Shown here one piece after another: positions 31,350 through 42,647 of a DNA stretch of 64,000 nucleotides. The stretch is taken from NCBI GenBank assembly GCA_965228855.1, contig CBDDIJ010000005.1, forward strand, positions 1,536,001 to 1,600,000, written 5' to 3'. The translations under genes were made by a program, and so were the position numbers. The notes below the pieces were generated by a model. It made no database searches. It worked only from the letters and a program-made list of their open reading frames with translations, and was not told where the DNA came from. The stretch comes from Candidatus Obscuribacterales bacterium. Lineage in GTDB: Bacteria > Cyanobacteriota > Vampirovibrionia > Obscuribacterales > Obscuribacteraceae. How positions within the stretch are numbered: the stretch's first letter is position 1; every line of letters starts with the position of its first letter.

Positions 31350-31951
31350 AGGACGGCTTTACGGTCCAGGTATGAAGCGGTTTCAAAAAACTTGCGAGCC
31401 TCTTCGCTCTCAGCCTTGTCCCATGAAGCCGTCACGAGAAAAATATTGTCCACACCGCCTTCGGTGTTCAACAGTATATACAGTTTAAAAGTATCGTTGG
31501 TCTTAGTGTTTCCTTTGATAATCATGCCGCTACCGGACGGCGTCTGAAAAGGTTCACGAGACTTATCCGACAGGTTGAACTTCGTTTTGCAGACGAACCA
31601 CGCTCGCTCGAAGGCGGCGCTCGCCGTCGCCGGATTGTTGTTGTCGTTGTCGACGATAAAGGTCGACGTCATTCGAATTTTAGACGTGTTCCATTCATTG
31701 GCATAAATTTCTTTGAGGTTATTTTCCTGCGCATACTGCTCTGCCGGTCCCTGCACACCGTCAGTCAGATTGTAGTCGTCGAATTTGTACGACCGAGGCT
31801 TCTCCGGGAAATCGACCTTGTACGCGCCCGGTCGACTCACAAACTGTTTAGTACTGGCGTTGTATTGCTCGACCTCGGCCTTCTCGGCGGTACATGCCCC
31901 AAGACCGCAAGCGGTCACAACCCCCAAGAGTAAACTAAATTGTTTTCGCAC
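31346..31951 (-). CDS. Putative lipoprotein
   Basis: GGGAGG RBS, GTG start, lipobox LGAC. Confidence 0.65.
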   Translation of the reverse strand: MRKQFSLLLGVVTACGLGACTAEKAEVEQYNASTKQFVSRPGAYKVDFPEKPRSYKFDDYNLTDGVQGPAEQYAQENNLKEIYANEWNTSKIRMTSTFIVDNDNNNPATASAAFERAWFVCKTKFNLSDKSREPFQTPSGSGMIIKGNTKTNDTFKLYILLNTEGGVDNIFLVTASWDKAESEEARKFFETASYLDRKAVL

Positions 31952-32041
31952 GATGACCTCCCGTTTCGTCGAATACAAGGCAAAATAGCAGCTGACTTCG
32001 ACATCGATATTTTGGCATAATGGAACGTGGGAGATTTCACT

Positions 32042-34339
32042 ATGGCAGAAAATTCAGACGCCGACAAATCCGCTGAGCCGACAGAAACGATCATAAACGA
32101 TCGCTACAATGTACTGTCCCTTTTGGGCTCTGGCGGAATGGGCTCGGTTTACAAAGTCGAAGATAAAACGCTAGGTAAAATTTTTGCTGTCAAGGTTCTA
32201 AGCCCGAAACTCACAGAAGACCAAGCCGCGTTCAGACGGTTCAGCCAGGAGGCTAAGGCCTCGAGCGAGCTCAATCACCCCAACATCAATAATGTATACG
32301 AACAAGGCACCACAGACAGTGGCGCCCCGTTCCTGGTCATGGACTACCTGGACGGCGAGACGTTGGGAGACCTGTTGAAGAAAGAGGGCCGATTGCAATA
32401 CGAGCGGGCAATCGACATCTTCGAGCAAATCTGCCAGGCGCTTGAGCAAGCGCACAGTAAGGGCGTCATCCATCGCGATGTGAAACCGAGCAACATCATT
32501 ATCACCCGTGCTGAGGACGGAAGCGAAATCGTAAAAGTCGTTGACTTCGGCATAGCCAAAGTCCTTCCGGCTACAGACAATAAGACCGCGCAACTAACCC
32601 AAACTGGTGAGATTTTTGGCAGCCCTCTCTACATGAGCCCCGAGCAGTGCAACGGCGAAAATCTAGATGCCAGATCCGACATCTATTCGCTCGGATGTAC
32701 CATGTTTGAAACACTTACGGGACGCGCACCGTTTGCTGCGGCCAACCCGTTTAAGGTCATGATGAATCAAGTGCAGATGCCACCACCTGCGATGAAGTCC
32801 GTAGCAGCGAAACTCGAGATTCCAAACTCGCTCGAATCGGTCGTTATGACTTGTCTCGACAAGAATCCGGGCAACCGGTATCAAACGGTTTCCGCACTTC
32901 AATTGGATCTGAAACGGGTTCAGGCGGGCAAGCCGCCCCTGGTAGCAAAACGCAATCCCCCGGCGAAGAAGGGACATCTTGTTCCGCTGGCCGGAGCGCT
33001 TGCTCTAGTCGCGGTCTTAGCGATGGGGACAATGTATTTGACGTCTCAGAAGACTGAACCGCCAGCGCAGGTTGCTACTCAAAACGAAAACGAAGAAGAG
33101 CCGGAAAAACCTGACAAACCGGAAGAGTACGAGGGAAAGACATTAGCGCAATGGTCGGCGGAGATCGAAAGCGATCCGAAAAACGCGCAGAACTATTACA
33201 ATCGAGGGCTCTTGCACGACTACCGAGACGAGCGCATAGACGCGATTCAAGACTATACAAAGGCGATCGAACTCAATCCAAAGTTTACCGATGCGTATAA
33301 GTCACGCGCCTCGGTTTATTCAATGGTCAACAACTACGACAAAGCATTAATCGATGCAAACTGGCTAATCAACGACCAGCCGGATGGGTCCGAGGGTTAC
33401 GAAGTCCGTTCATTCATTGAAATGAGCGAAGAAGATACGGAACATGCAATCGAGGATGCGCGCAAAGCGATCAGCCTACAGCCGCTGACGGAGAGCACTC
33501 GCATCAATCTCTCATACAAATATTATTGCCTGGCGAGCGCACTTATAAATGAGGCCGCTTATGAGCAAGCAATAAAAACAGTAGATCAAGGACTAGAGAT
33601 CGCGCAGGATGGGGGGAATTCAGACTCGCTCCATGCCGCTCGCGCCCTCGCCCTCTGTCATCAACAAAAATTTGCAGATGCAAAAGTCGACATTGAGAAA
33701 GCTATTGAACTTAATCCGCAACGCAGCCCTCACTGGTCGATTCTCGCCTACGCGCAGGTGGGTTTAAATAATTTGGCAGAAGCAGAGAAGGCATTAAAAA
33801 AAGTCGAACAGTTTGAAACCTTTCCAGCAAGAGCGTTTCGGTTGAAGGGCGAAATTCATAGAATCACAGAGCAATACGAAAGAGCTCTTGGTGATTTCAG
33901 CGCCGAGACAAGTTTGGAGCAGTACGCGCCCGGCTATCGCCAGAAGGCGACTTGCTATATCGCGCTTGGACAGCTGCACAGCGCCCTCGATGATCTGCAG
34001 CGCTCCAACGCCATAAATCCAAAATCGCCAATCACCTTATCGTATCTCGCGCGAATTGAAGAACAACTGGATCACACCGGCAAAGCGAAGGAGCACATAA
34101 AACAGGCAACCGACAGAAGTTCGAATCCGGTCGTACTTACCAATGCAGCCGAAGTTGCGCTGCATCAGGGCAACAAAGATCAGGCCCTCAAGTACGCCAA
34201 TAATTCAATCTCGGTAGATCCATTTGCCCGCGAAGCTTTTGAAACACGCGCTCGCGTCTACGAATCAATGGGCAAAAACGAGGAAGCGGAGCGCGACCGA
34301 GCGAAGGCGAAAAAGCTGGTGCCGCACATGGACTTTTAG
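32042..34339 (+). CDS. Hanks-type Ser/Thr protein kinase with one TM and C-terminal TPR array
   Basis: LGSGGMG, AVK, HRDVKPSN, DFG, YMSPEQ, DIYSLG; TM near residue 320; multiple TPRs. Confidence 0.95.
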   Translation: MAENSDADKSAEPTETIINDRYNVLSLLGSGGMGSVYKVEDKTLGKIFAVKVLSPKLTEDQAAFRRFSQEAKASSELNHPNINNVYEQGTTDSGAPFLVMDYLDGETLGDLLKKEGRLQYERAIDIFEQICQALEQAHSKGVIHRDVKPSNIIITRAEDGSEIVKVVDFGIAKVLPATDNKTAQLTQTGEIFGSPLYMSPEQCNGENLDARSDIYSLGCTMFETLTGRAPFAAANPFKVMMNQVQMPPPAMKSVAAKLEIPNSLESVVMTCLDKNPGNRYQTVSALQLDLKRVQAGKPPLVAKRNPPAKKGHLVPLAGALALVAVLAMGTMYLTSQKTEPPAQVATQNENEEEPEKPDKPEEYEGKTLAQWSAEIESDPKNAQNYYNRGLLHDYRDERIDAIQDYTKAIELNPKFTDAYKSRASVYSMVNNYDKALIDANWLINDQPDGSEGYEVRSFIEMSEEDTEHAIEDARKAISLQPLTESTRINLSYKYYCLASALINEAAYEQAIKTVDQGLEIAQDGGNSDSLHAARALALCHQQKFADAKVDIEKAIELNPQRSPHWSILAYAQVGLNNLAEAEKALKKVEQFETFPARAFRLKGEIHRITEQYERALGDFSAETSLEQYAPGYRQKATCYIALGQLHSALDDLQRSNAINPKSPITLSYLARIEEQLDHTGKAKEHIKQATDRSSNPVVLTNAAEVALHQGNKDQALKYANNSISVDPFAREAFETRARVYESMGKNEEAERDRAKAKKLVPHMDF

Positions 34340-34358
34340 ATTCTGCGAATCCTATTAA

Positions 34359-35945
34359 CTATGGCTCAAAAGCCTTGGTGGCAGTGTCCATATCATTCTT
34401 TTCCATTGCAAGAATACTCGTCTCACCAGAGAGCGCGTACGATTTCGGATACTTGCCACGTAGAGCTAGAAGACCCTTCTTTGTGCGCGGCCACTGCAAC
34501 TTCGTTTCACCGAAGACATCGCCGAGTTGACGGTCAAGCCAGAGACAACAACGTCCGTAAAGAATGTCACCATCTACGGTACTACGCTTAGCAGCCTCAC
34601 TCTCGACAAACTTCTCAGCATCGCCTTCTTCGCCGTTCCAGCGGGGCTGTAGCCAGTAAGATTTGGCGAGGATGACGGAGTCGTAATCGGGATATTTCAA
34701 CTGGCACTCTTGCATCATACGATCATATTTTTCGTTGGACCAACTCTGTCCGAGCGCCACCAGCTGCGCCGCCGAGTACCAATCAGGCGTTTTGGTTTCA
34801 ACTGAATTTAAAACAGTTTCCGCTTCATTCATCCGCTCACCCATAACGCGCCAGCCATCTTCGCTGACGGAATTAGCCCAGCCACTGCCTCTAGCCTTCC
34901 ATGCATACCCTCGCAAGACGTGAATCAAGGCAATCTTCGCTGTAACGGACTCGGGGTTTTTCTTCGACCACTCCTTCAGCTGATCGATTCTGGCAATCCA
35001 AGCGTCGTCAAACTGATCGCGCTCGAGCGAATTGATTTCTGAATAGAGAGCATCGAGGTACCACCTCCCGGTCGACAATGTTTTGCGTGACTCGCGAAAC
35101 TCCGTCGCCATCTTGTCCAGCGCGGCAAAATCACCTGCATGGATCAACTTCCGAACCTGAGGATAGATGCCGGCATCACGCAGATCGGCGTCCGAAATTT
35201 TTTCACGAAAATTCTCGCAGACGTCGAATGCCGGTCCATCGTCTTCGCTGGCTGAGCCGTGGTCTCGCCAGGTCCGAATGAATAATTTATTTGCGTCGGT
35301 TCCACGGTTCTGGCGGAGCAAACTGTCCATCTTCCAGTTAAGCGCATCAACAGCCATTCTTTCATCCTTGGCTGCGCGATAACCTTCGACCGCTTTGTCG
35401 AAATTCCCGTCGGCGCTTTTATAATCGCCGAGATCGAGTTGAAGCTGAGCGAGCGTTTCCAGATTACGCGCTTGATACCAGCCGAAATTTGTAGTATCGG
35501 CAGGAAGAGTCGCTATCGCCTTTTCGACTAGTTTGATATCGGGCTTCTCCAACTGACCGTTCATCACCAATTCGTGTTGACAGGCGGCTTGCCGCTCGAG
35601 ATACCACGCCTCGTCTCCTTTCCGACCGATTTTGTTGGCGTATTTTTCGCCCTGCTGATAAACCTTCTCTGCACCGCCAAAGTCGAACGCAGACCAGAGG
35701 AAGTTGCCGTAGTCAGTCCAGGCATCAGTCTCTTTCAAATTCTGTTTTTCAAATTTTGCACAGACTGCTTTGTACTGTTCGATCGCTTTCTTCGGATCAA
35801 CCTGCTCCATCTTTCCTGCTTCTGCAAGACCGCGCTCCCATTCCGGTCGACTCATCTCTTGCCAGACGAAGTACCCGAAAAAAGCGCACAGCGCAAGACC
35901 ACAGATGCCCACACAGACGCCGACAAAAATAAAAACGTTTCTCAT
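34359..35945 (-). CDS. Membrane-anchored TPR + DUF4034-like protein
   Basis: N-terminal TM, TPR-like helices, AWKARGSGWAN and LQPRWNG motifs. Confidence 0.7.
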   Translation of the reverse strand: MRNVFIFVGVCVGICGLALCAFFGYFVWQEMSRPEWERGLAEAGKMEQVDPKKAIEQYKAVCAKFEKQNLKETDAWTDYGNFLWSAFDFGGAEKVYQQGEKYANKIGRKGDEAWYLERQAACQHELVMNGQLEKPDIKLVEKAIATLPADTTNFGWYQARNLETLAQLQLDLGDYKSADGNFDKAVEGYRAAKDERMAVDALNWKMDSLLRQNRGTDANKLFIRTWRDHGSASEDDGPAFDVCENFREKISDADLRDAGIYPQVRKLIHAGDFAALDKMATEFRESRKTLSTGRWYLDALYSEINSLERDQFDDAWIARIDQLKEWSKKNPESVTAKIALIHVLRGYAWKARGSGWANSVSEDGWRVMGERMNEAETVLNSVETKTPDWYSAAQLVALGQSWSNEKYDRMMQECQLKYPDYDSVILAKSYWLQPRWNGEEGDAEKFVESEAAKRSTVDGDILYGRCCLWLDRQLGDVFGETKLQWPRTKKGLLALRGKYPKSYALSGETSILAMEKNDMDTATKAFEP

Positions 35946-36057
35946 CGATTCACCAGCCGAAGAGGATGATCACTCGTCAACGAATAGGCTAGAAACATGA
36001 CGAGGTAGTTTACTATGGCAGAAATTCCGCATGACGGCAAATCTGACCGACCTTCAA

Positions 36058-39000
36058 CTACGGCGCTTGCGACCTTGAGGGCTCCTCGACCTCTTTAAAA
36101 ACACCGTTCTCAAAAACAACAATCGCGGCCGAATTCGCTGCAATCTTTGTTCCGGGCACGATAATTCCAACCAGGTTTAGAGGATCTGCGGCAGAGACCT
36201 TCACAATTTCGCTCGTCTTTGGTGCATTTTTACTTGCTCGCAGCGACTCGACCGCAAGCGAAACCGCAAATTGCTCGCCGAGAAAACCCCCAACGAATCT
36301 ACCACCTCGAATCTTGCCCTGCGCCTCTAAACGCCGGAGCATCAGAAGAATCTCGCGCCACCTTGGCATATTAGACTCTCTGGTCAGAAGTTCTCGAAAT
36401 ACCACACCGTACCGCTTCAAGAGCATCCAGCAGACGGCCTCGATATGCTCATCCCGGTCGCAATATGACTCCGCATTCACGCGCCCCCAGCGCCCCTGGC
36501 TGTGCCTGGCTCGAGAACTGCCACCACTCAATCCGGAACCGGCACGCCGCTTTGGGTCGGTCAATGCGCGCAGGTTATCGAAGCCATCGGCAGAAACCAG
36601 ACCGGCCGTAACAAGCTCCCAGAGCGCCATTTCCACTTCCGTCTTCAATAACCGAGTGGCGCGCACTATGTCGAGGTAAAACGAAGCCCCTTTACTGGTA
36701 AGAAATTCGAGCACTTTGCGAGCTTGCGAGCCAAGCACGCCGTAGTCGAACTCTTCATGAGGAGGCGCCATCCAATCACATTCCTCGCGAGAGAAAAACG
36801 CGATTGGCGAAGCGCTCGTCGGAATTACCCGACGATTAGCGTTATCGTCCACAGCCCGACCCGGCAACAAAGCGGGATGGGGAGATAGGCGAGCCCAACC
36901 GATCTGACCGGTCAGACAAAGATTATCGAGATATGACTCCTTGTAATTTTTGATCCGCCGCGGGAGGATCTGCGACTCCCAGCTGCTCGCACCAATTTCG
37001 AATCCTTGCAGCTGTCGAAGAACTTCGAGTGTTCCATGCTGCAAAACGAGTTGACTGCCAGGTGTGACATGCTGCCACGAAAACAACCACGACAAAAACT
37101 GCGCGGCGGAAACCGGCTCGATCTGTTTGCGAATTATGCCGATTGTGAGTCTATGAATTCGCGCTAGCAATCCACGTTCGCACCATTCAACCAGAGGGGG
37201 GCGGCCGTTGGAACCAGTCGCTGCAGCGGTAAAACTGCCGCGCAGAACCGCACCGCGTGCTTCAACTTGCAGTAACGCCCGATCGACGTCAGTAAGGGTC
37301 AGCGAAGAAAAGGATGCCAGTGCCTCTGCGGTCACAGGTCCGGTGTGCATAAGCCAGCCCGAGATAATCATCTCAATGATTTTTTCGCGTTGCTCCAATT
37401 GGTCGCTACTAGATTGCTGTTCGCCGTAGACCAGTTTATACTGCTCCTTCGCCTCGGTCGCCACCCAAAACGCCTTCTTTCCGACGACTTCACGAGAAGC
37501 ACGACCTGTCGCAACTAGAACCTCGAAAAATGGCTTCCACATGGTCGAACTACTCGCACCACCCGGCCAACTGAACTCTTCGGGCAGGGCAACAATGGTC
37601 CGCATCAAGTCATGAAGCTCATCTTCGTCCCGGATGTCCGGCATCGCATCCAGACATACTCTTTCAATAGCAGCAGGGTCGAGTCGTCCAAATTCCGCGG
37701 CAACTTTATCAGGCAACATACGCCGCATCTCTACGGCGCGCGCACGACGCTCTTCGAGCGGAGCATCATCAAGAAAAGCATAGGGATTGGCATTCAAGAT
37801 TTCATGCGAGAACTCGGAGGGCTGAGGCGTATCTACGGCAACACACTTGATGGCACCGCCGATGATATCGTTTAAAACTCGTTCCAGACCATCTACGTCC
37901 ATCGCCTCTGTCAAAACATCGCTCATGGCCTCGTTGACCAGCGGATGATCGGGAATTTCGATGTCGCCGTTGACGTTGTCCTGACACGCTGCCGCTTGCG
38001 GGAAAACAGCCGCGAGCAAATCTTCCGCGCGAAAACGCTGTATCTGAGGCGGAACTTTCTTACCTCCCCAAAATCGCAACAGCGCGAGAGCACGATTGGC
38101 ATCCCATCGCCAGCGCGTTTGAAACAGCGGAGACTGAAGCGCCGTTTGTTCTAATACCTGACGCAGCGAATTAGGATGAAGATAGTGAAAAACATCAGCG
38201 AGTGGAAAACTGTGCTGGTCGGTGAGTGAAATAATCAAACCATCGTCGGTGGCAGCGGCTTGAAGTTCCAGATCGAATGTCTTGCAAAATCTCTTTCGCA
38301 AAGCCAGTCCCCAGGCTTTGTTTATCCTACCGCCGAACGGAGCATGCACGATTAATTGCATTCCGCCGCTTTCGTCGAAGAAACGCTCGGCAACAATCGT
38401 CTGCTGCGTTGGCACCGCCCCTAGTATCGCTCGACCGTTGCTTATATACTCAACGACTTGCTCTGCACCAGGTCGATCCAAGCCGCACTCCGACTGCAGA
38501 AACTCTACGGCAGCAGCTATTTGTCCGTTCTCAATATTCTCGTCGACTGTGCGTCGAACATCCGAGACGCACTCAGACAGCTCAATTGTTCGCGCTGGCG
38601 CCTCACCCCGCCAGAAGGGGACGTTAGGCGGTGCTCCGTGAGCATCTGCGACCAGAACCCGACCGGAGCTTCCTTCAACGCGTAAAATTTGCCAGGACGT
38701 ATTGCCCAGAAGGAAGATGTCACCGCGACTTGATTCTATAGCGAAGTCTTCGCCTACAGTACCAAGCATGATCTCTTCAGGCTCCAGCACGACGCTGTAA
38801 GCACCTATATCGGGAATGGCACCACCATTGGTGATTGCAAACATGCGAGCACCACGTCTCGCTTTGAGAACTCCATTAACCTTATCGTAATGAAGAAACT
38901 TTCCGTAGGTTGCGCGACGGCCGGCTATTCCTTCCGAAAGCATCTCCACTATCGAATCAAAGGACGCGCGAGATAGGTCCCTGTATGGATAAGCGGATCG

Positions 39001-40434
39001 AACAAGGTCGAACAGTTCATCTTCCTTCCAGTCTTTCGTGGCGCAGGACGCGACAATTTGCTGAGCAAGAACATCTCTCGGGCATGTCGGGATCATGATC
39101 CGGTCGAGCTCTCCGTCTCGAATAGCTTTCACCAACGCGGCACATTCGACGAGTTCATCCCGAGTCGTCGCAAAAAGCCGCCCCTTCGGCACAGCTCCTC
39201 GCCAGTGACCCGCGCGACCGATGCGTTGCAAAGCCACAGCAATGCTGCGCGGCGAGCCTATCTGACAGACCAGATCGATATTGCCGATATCAATCCCCAG
39301 TTCCAGAGACGCAGTAGCAACAAGCACTTTGTACTCTCCGGATTTCAATTTTTGCTCGGCAACCAATCGCAGCTTGCGCGATAAACTGCCGTGATGGGTG
39401 CCGACCAGCTCTTCGCCGATGCGCGCAGCTAACTGGTGAGCCATACGCTCAGCCATTCTGCGCGTGTTGACAAACACGAGTGTTGAGCGATTTTCCTCGA
39501 CAAGTTTTACGATCCGATCGTACATCTCGTCCCAGAGTTCGTTCGATGCGACCGGACCGAGCGGGCTGTTTGGAACCTCAACTGCCAGGTCGAGTTTGCG
39601 CTTGCCCGAGACCTGAATAATCTGAGGCATATCCCGTTTGCTTCCGACCAGAAAACGGGCGACATCCTCAATCGGTTTTTGCGTGGCGGATAGACCGATT
39701 CTGACGGGAGGTTGCGAGCACAATGCCTCCAACCGTTCCAACGATAACGTCAGATGAGAGCCTCGCTTATCGTCAGCCATAGCGTGAATCTCATCGACAA
39801 TGACAGTCGTTATGTTCTTCAAGATCTCACGGCTTTTCTCGGCTGTAAGCAGGATGTACAGGGACTCCGGCGTTGTCACCAATATGTGCGGCGGTCGCTT
39901 GAGCATTGTTCTTCGCTCAGCTGCCAGTGTGTCACCAGTTCTCACAACCGAGCGCACATCAGTCATATCGATGCCCTTCGATTGCGCCAGTTCCAGAATC
40001 TCCGCAAGCGGCTGTTCAAGGTTTTTATTAACGTCGTTACTCAAAGCTTTCAACGGCGAGATGTAGAGAACTTCTGTTTCCGCATCAAGTGTGCCATTCA
40101 AAGCCTTGCGCACGAGCATGTCGATGCAGGCAAGAAACGCGCTCAGCGTTTTGCCAGACCCGGTGGGAGCGGAAATCAGCACACTGCGCCCCTCTACAAT
40201 ATGCGGCCAGCCCAACTGCTGGGGCTCGGTCGGCGTTCCGAACTTGTTTGTAAACCACTCTCGCACAAGCGGATGAGCCCAACTCATGGGGTCGTCCGCG
40301 GACACGACCCTGCGGATTGGCGTTTTAGACCCGACAACCACGGCCGCAGTTTCGAGAACGGCCGCAGTTTCGACAGCGACCGCAGTTTCGACAGCGGACG
40401 CTTTCGCGGCAGAACTAGCTCGCTTCTTCACCAA
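36058..40434 (-). CDS. lhr: ATP-dependent Lhr-like DEAH-box helicase with C-terminal winged-helix domains
   Basis: APTGSGKT, YISPLKALSND, TTPES, DEIH, SAT, HHGSL, SLELGID, QRIGRAGH, RGGRFV..F.GEQFA, AADPLN. Confidence 0.92.
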   Translation of the reverse strand: MVKKRASSAAKASAVETAVAVETAAVLETAAVVVGSKTPIRRVVSADDPMSWAHPLVREWFTNKFGTPTEPQQLGWPHIVEGRSVLISAPTGSGKTLSAFLACIDMLVRKALNGTLDAETEVLYISPLKALSNDVNKNLEQPLAEILELAQSKGIDMTDVRSVVRTGDTLAAERRTMLKRPPHILVTTPESLYILLTAEKSREILKNITTVIVDEIHAMADDKRGSHLTLSLERLEALCSQPPVRIGLSATQKPIEDVARFLVGSKRDMPQIIQVSGKRKLDLAVEVPNSPLGPVASNELWDEMYDRIVKLVEENRSTLVFVNTRRMAERMAHQLAARIGEELVGTHHGSLSRKLRLVAEQKLKSGEYKVLVATASLELGIDIGNIDLVCQIGSPRSIAVALQRIGRAGHWRGAVPKGRLFATTRDELVECAALVKAIRDGELDRIMIPTCPRDVLAQQIVASCATKDWKEDELFDLVRSAYPYRDLSRASFDSIVEMLSEGIAGRRATYGKFLHYDKVNGVLKARRGARMFAITNGGAIPDIGAYSVVLEPEEIMLGTVGEDFAIESSRGDIFLLGNTSWQILRVEGSSGRVLVADAHGAPPNVPFWRGEAPARTIELSECVSDVRRTVDENIENGQIAAAVEFLQSECGLDRPGAEQVVEYISNGRAILGAVPTQQTIVAERFFDESGGMQLIVHAPFGGRINKAWGLALRKRFCKTFDLELQAAATDDGLIISLTDQHSFPLADVFHYLHPNSLRQVLEQTALQSPLFQTRWRWDANRALALLRFWGGKKVPPQIQRFRAEDLLAAVFPQAAACQDNVNGDIEIPDHPLVNEAMSDVLTEAMDVDGLERVLNDIIGGAIKCVAVDTPQPSEFSHEILNANPYAFLDDAPLEERRARAVEMRRMLPDKVAAEFGRLDPAAIERVCLDAMPDIRDEDELHDLMRTIVALPEEFSWPGGASSSTMWKPFFEVLVATGRASREVVGKKAFWVATEAKEQYKLVYGEQQSSSDQLEQREKIIEMIISGWLMHTGPVTAEALASFSSLTLTDVDRALLQVEARGAVLRGSFTAAATGSNGRPPLVEWCERGLLARIHRLTIGIIRKQIEPVSAAQFLSWLFSWQHVTPGSQLVLQHGTLEVLRQLQGFEIGASSWESQILPRRIKNYKESYLDNLCLTGQIGWARLSPHPALLPGRAVDDNANRRVIPTSASPIAFFSREECDWMAPPHEEFDYGVLGSQARKVLEFLTSKGASFYLDIVRATRLLKTEVEMALWELVTAGLVSADGFDNLRALTDPKRRAGSGLSGGSSRARHSQGRWGRVNAESYCDRDEHIEAVCWMLLKRYGVVFRELLTRESNMPRWREILLMLRRLEAQGKIRGGRFVGGFLGEQFAVSLAVESLRASKNAPKTSEIVKVSAADPLNLVGIIVPGTKIAANSAAIVVFENGVFKEVEEPSRSQAP
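40340..40393. repeat. 3 x 18-nt tandem repeat in the lhr 5' region (ETAAV-type peptide repeat)
   Basis: acggccgcagtttcgaga / acggccgcagtttcgaca / gcgaccgcagtttcgaca. Confidence 0.85.
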
Positions 40435-40580
40435 GCGGCAACCTCGGGCAACTCGTTCTCACAACTCAGATTATAAACGCGATCTGTGCCGAGGGGACGT
40501 CTCCGCCCTTGCTTAAATCGAACGTTTTGCCCAAGTTTAAGCAAACGGACTCAATGCGCAAAAGCCTATGCCGGGATGCG

Positions 40581-42590
40581 CTACTGCGCAGGTGTTTGAA
40601 CCGTTTCCTTCTCCTTAATTCGAGGGAATTTCTTGTCGTATACCTGAGAATTTTCCACAGCCAGCACTCTCTGCTTAAGCTTTTTCGCATCGCCGTCAAA
40701 AGTTATGACGCAAAACGCATGAGGCAAATTCAGATTTCCAATCAACCAGCGCGCCAGCGCGAGCTTATCTTCGGCACTGCCCTTCACATCGAGCGCAAGC
40801 ACAAGATATGGGTAGTCTGTGAAATAGTGAACTTCTTTTCTCACCACATATGCCGCTTCTATCGCCGGAAGAAGCGGAAATACCTCGTTCATGAAATCGA
40901 TCCAGCTTTCCGCCAATTCGTGAGGAAGCAGTTCGTCGTATACAGTGACACCATTTCGCTCTTTCTCGGCACGCTCACTTTCGTTTTTAAATGCCGACAA
41001 CTTCGATTCGTACTTATCGGCTTCGGCTTTGCGTCCCCGCTCTTCCAAGAAATTAGAAATCTTGCTCACGCAATCCGATACGAGCGACATGCGCATCGCC
41101 ATCGCCTTTTCTAAAAGCACGATGCCCTCTTCGTTTCCATCGTCGACCATCAGCGACCCAACGGCATAGTTTGCAGCAGGATCGTTAGGGAATCTAGACA
41201 AAATCTCTTCGAAGATTGGGCGGCATGCATCAAATCCCTGCATCTCGCCGACGTAATATGCTTTCTCCTTCCAATCCTCAATTGTCAATTCCTCCGCTTC
41301 GGCCTTCGCATCAAGCTCTAGCAGACGCTCTTTTGCACTTTTGAAAAACTCGTGCTTGTCCGTCCAGAAACCGGCGATGTTCTCAGTCCATTGCGAACTC
41401 AGCTTATCGATACACGTCGGCAACGCTTTTCCTAGAAACACCTCCGCTGCTGTCTCTCCAGCGGGAATGGGCGATTTCAGTTTCTCTATTAGCTCCGGAG
41501 ATGAGTGCTCATAGTCGTGCAAACAACTGCCGGCGTCCAATCGCTCACAAAGCGAAGGATGAGTATCCATACCGGATCCCTTCTCCTTCAAGGCACGTTT
41601 CAACCAATCTTCAGCTTTACTGTTTTCGATAGGCAAACCACGAAGAGATTCGGTGATCCCAGCGAAGACCCGCTCGGTAGGCTTCGGTTGCTCCATGGAC
41701 TTACGCACAACATCAGCCCAAACCACTTCGTCGAGGTAACGCCCCTTTAACCGAACAAGCACCAGCGAACTTGCCATGTTGCCTTCACCCGCAATCCGCT
41801 GAGCGTCTTTGTCCGCATCCAGTTCGTGAGATCTCGCGAGCGCCATCGTATAGGCATTGAATCGCGGCGCCAGCCAGCTGAAGAAGACGTAGAAAACAGC
41901 AAATGCGACAGGTGATTCATGCCGCATAGTCAGCAGCAATTGCGACCAACGCGCTCTCAGCCCATAAACCCAGGCGGCTCTCTTGCTGTGGTTTCCCGAT
42001 AGATGCCCAAGTTCGTGGGCAAGCACCGCGCTAAATTGATTTGCGTTCAACGCCGCCAGAAGTGGCAACCCCAGAACAAGATAATTCGTATGCAGCCCGA
42101 GAAATCCGAGCCTGGGAATCTGCGTGACGAAGGCGTTGAAATCGTCGTTGATCATTACGACATCGACAGAAGTATTCAGCTCACTCTTGAATTTATCGAT
42201 GAGTTGAAACAGCGCCGGCGCCTCGTCCCGCTCAAGTTTAATGCCGACGGGTGCCGGCGTTTTTATCCACAAGGCTCGTACCATGCCAAACACGAAAATC
42301 CCAAGCACAAGCAGAATCTTGACCAGGCCAATGTTGAAGAAGTGCCCGTTCCACATAGCTATAGCGATCGCGGCGACGAATGCCACCATGGAACCGACGA
42401 TAAACGTGATATAGCCATATCCCATCGCAGCCATCATGAGCACGCGTCGAAAATATGCTGCCTTATTCTGACGCAGATCTCGGGCAGCCTGCGCCGACAT
42501 CTCCTCGAATTTCTCGTCGCTTAAAACCAGCCTCGAGCAGAATCGCTCGACGCTCTCTGCAAACGGGTTTGAAGAACTGATCGTAGCCAT
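40581..42590 (-). CDS. M48 family (HtpX/Ste24-like) zinc metalloprotease with TPR-like C-terminus
   Basis: NAF, AVLAHELGH (HExxH), ELDAD, THPS..ERL. Confidence 0.88.
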   Translation of the reverse strand: MATISSSNPFAESVERFCSRLVLSDEKFEEMSAQAARDLRQNKAAYFRRVLMMAAMGYGYITFIVGSMVAFVAAIAIAMWNGHFFNIGLVKILLVLGIFVFGMVRALWIKTPAPVGIKLERDEAPALFQLIDKFKSELNTSVDVVMINDDFNAFVTQIPRLGFLGLHTNYLVLGLPLLAALNANQFSAVLAHELGHLSGNHSKRAAWVYGLRARWSQLLLTMRHESPVAFAVFYVFFSWLAPRFNAYTMALARSHELDADKDAQRIAGEGNMASSLVLVRLKGRYLDEVVWADVVRKSMEQPKPTERVFAGITESLRGLPIENSKAEDWLKRALKEKGSGMDTHPSLCERLDAGSCLHDYEHSSPELIEKLKSPIPAGETAAEVFLGKALPTCIDKLSSQWTENIAGFWTDKHEFFKSAKERLLELDAKAEAEELTIEDWKEKAYYVGEMQGFDACRPIFEEILSRFPNDPAANYAVGSLMVDDGNEEGIVLLEKAMAMRMSLVSDCVSKISNFLEERGRKAEADKYESKLSAFKNESERAEKERNGVTVYDELLPHELAESWIDFMNEVFPLLPAIEAAYVVRKEVHYFTDYPYLVLALDVKGSAEDKLALARWLIGNLNLPHAFCVITFDGDAKKLKQRVLAVENSQVYDKKFPRIKEKETVQTPAQ

Positions 42591-42647
42591 CGACAACCAT
42601 CCTGAGTCAATTACTTATTCCACAAAATAAAGCTAACACCTATCGGT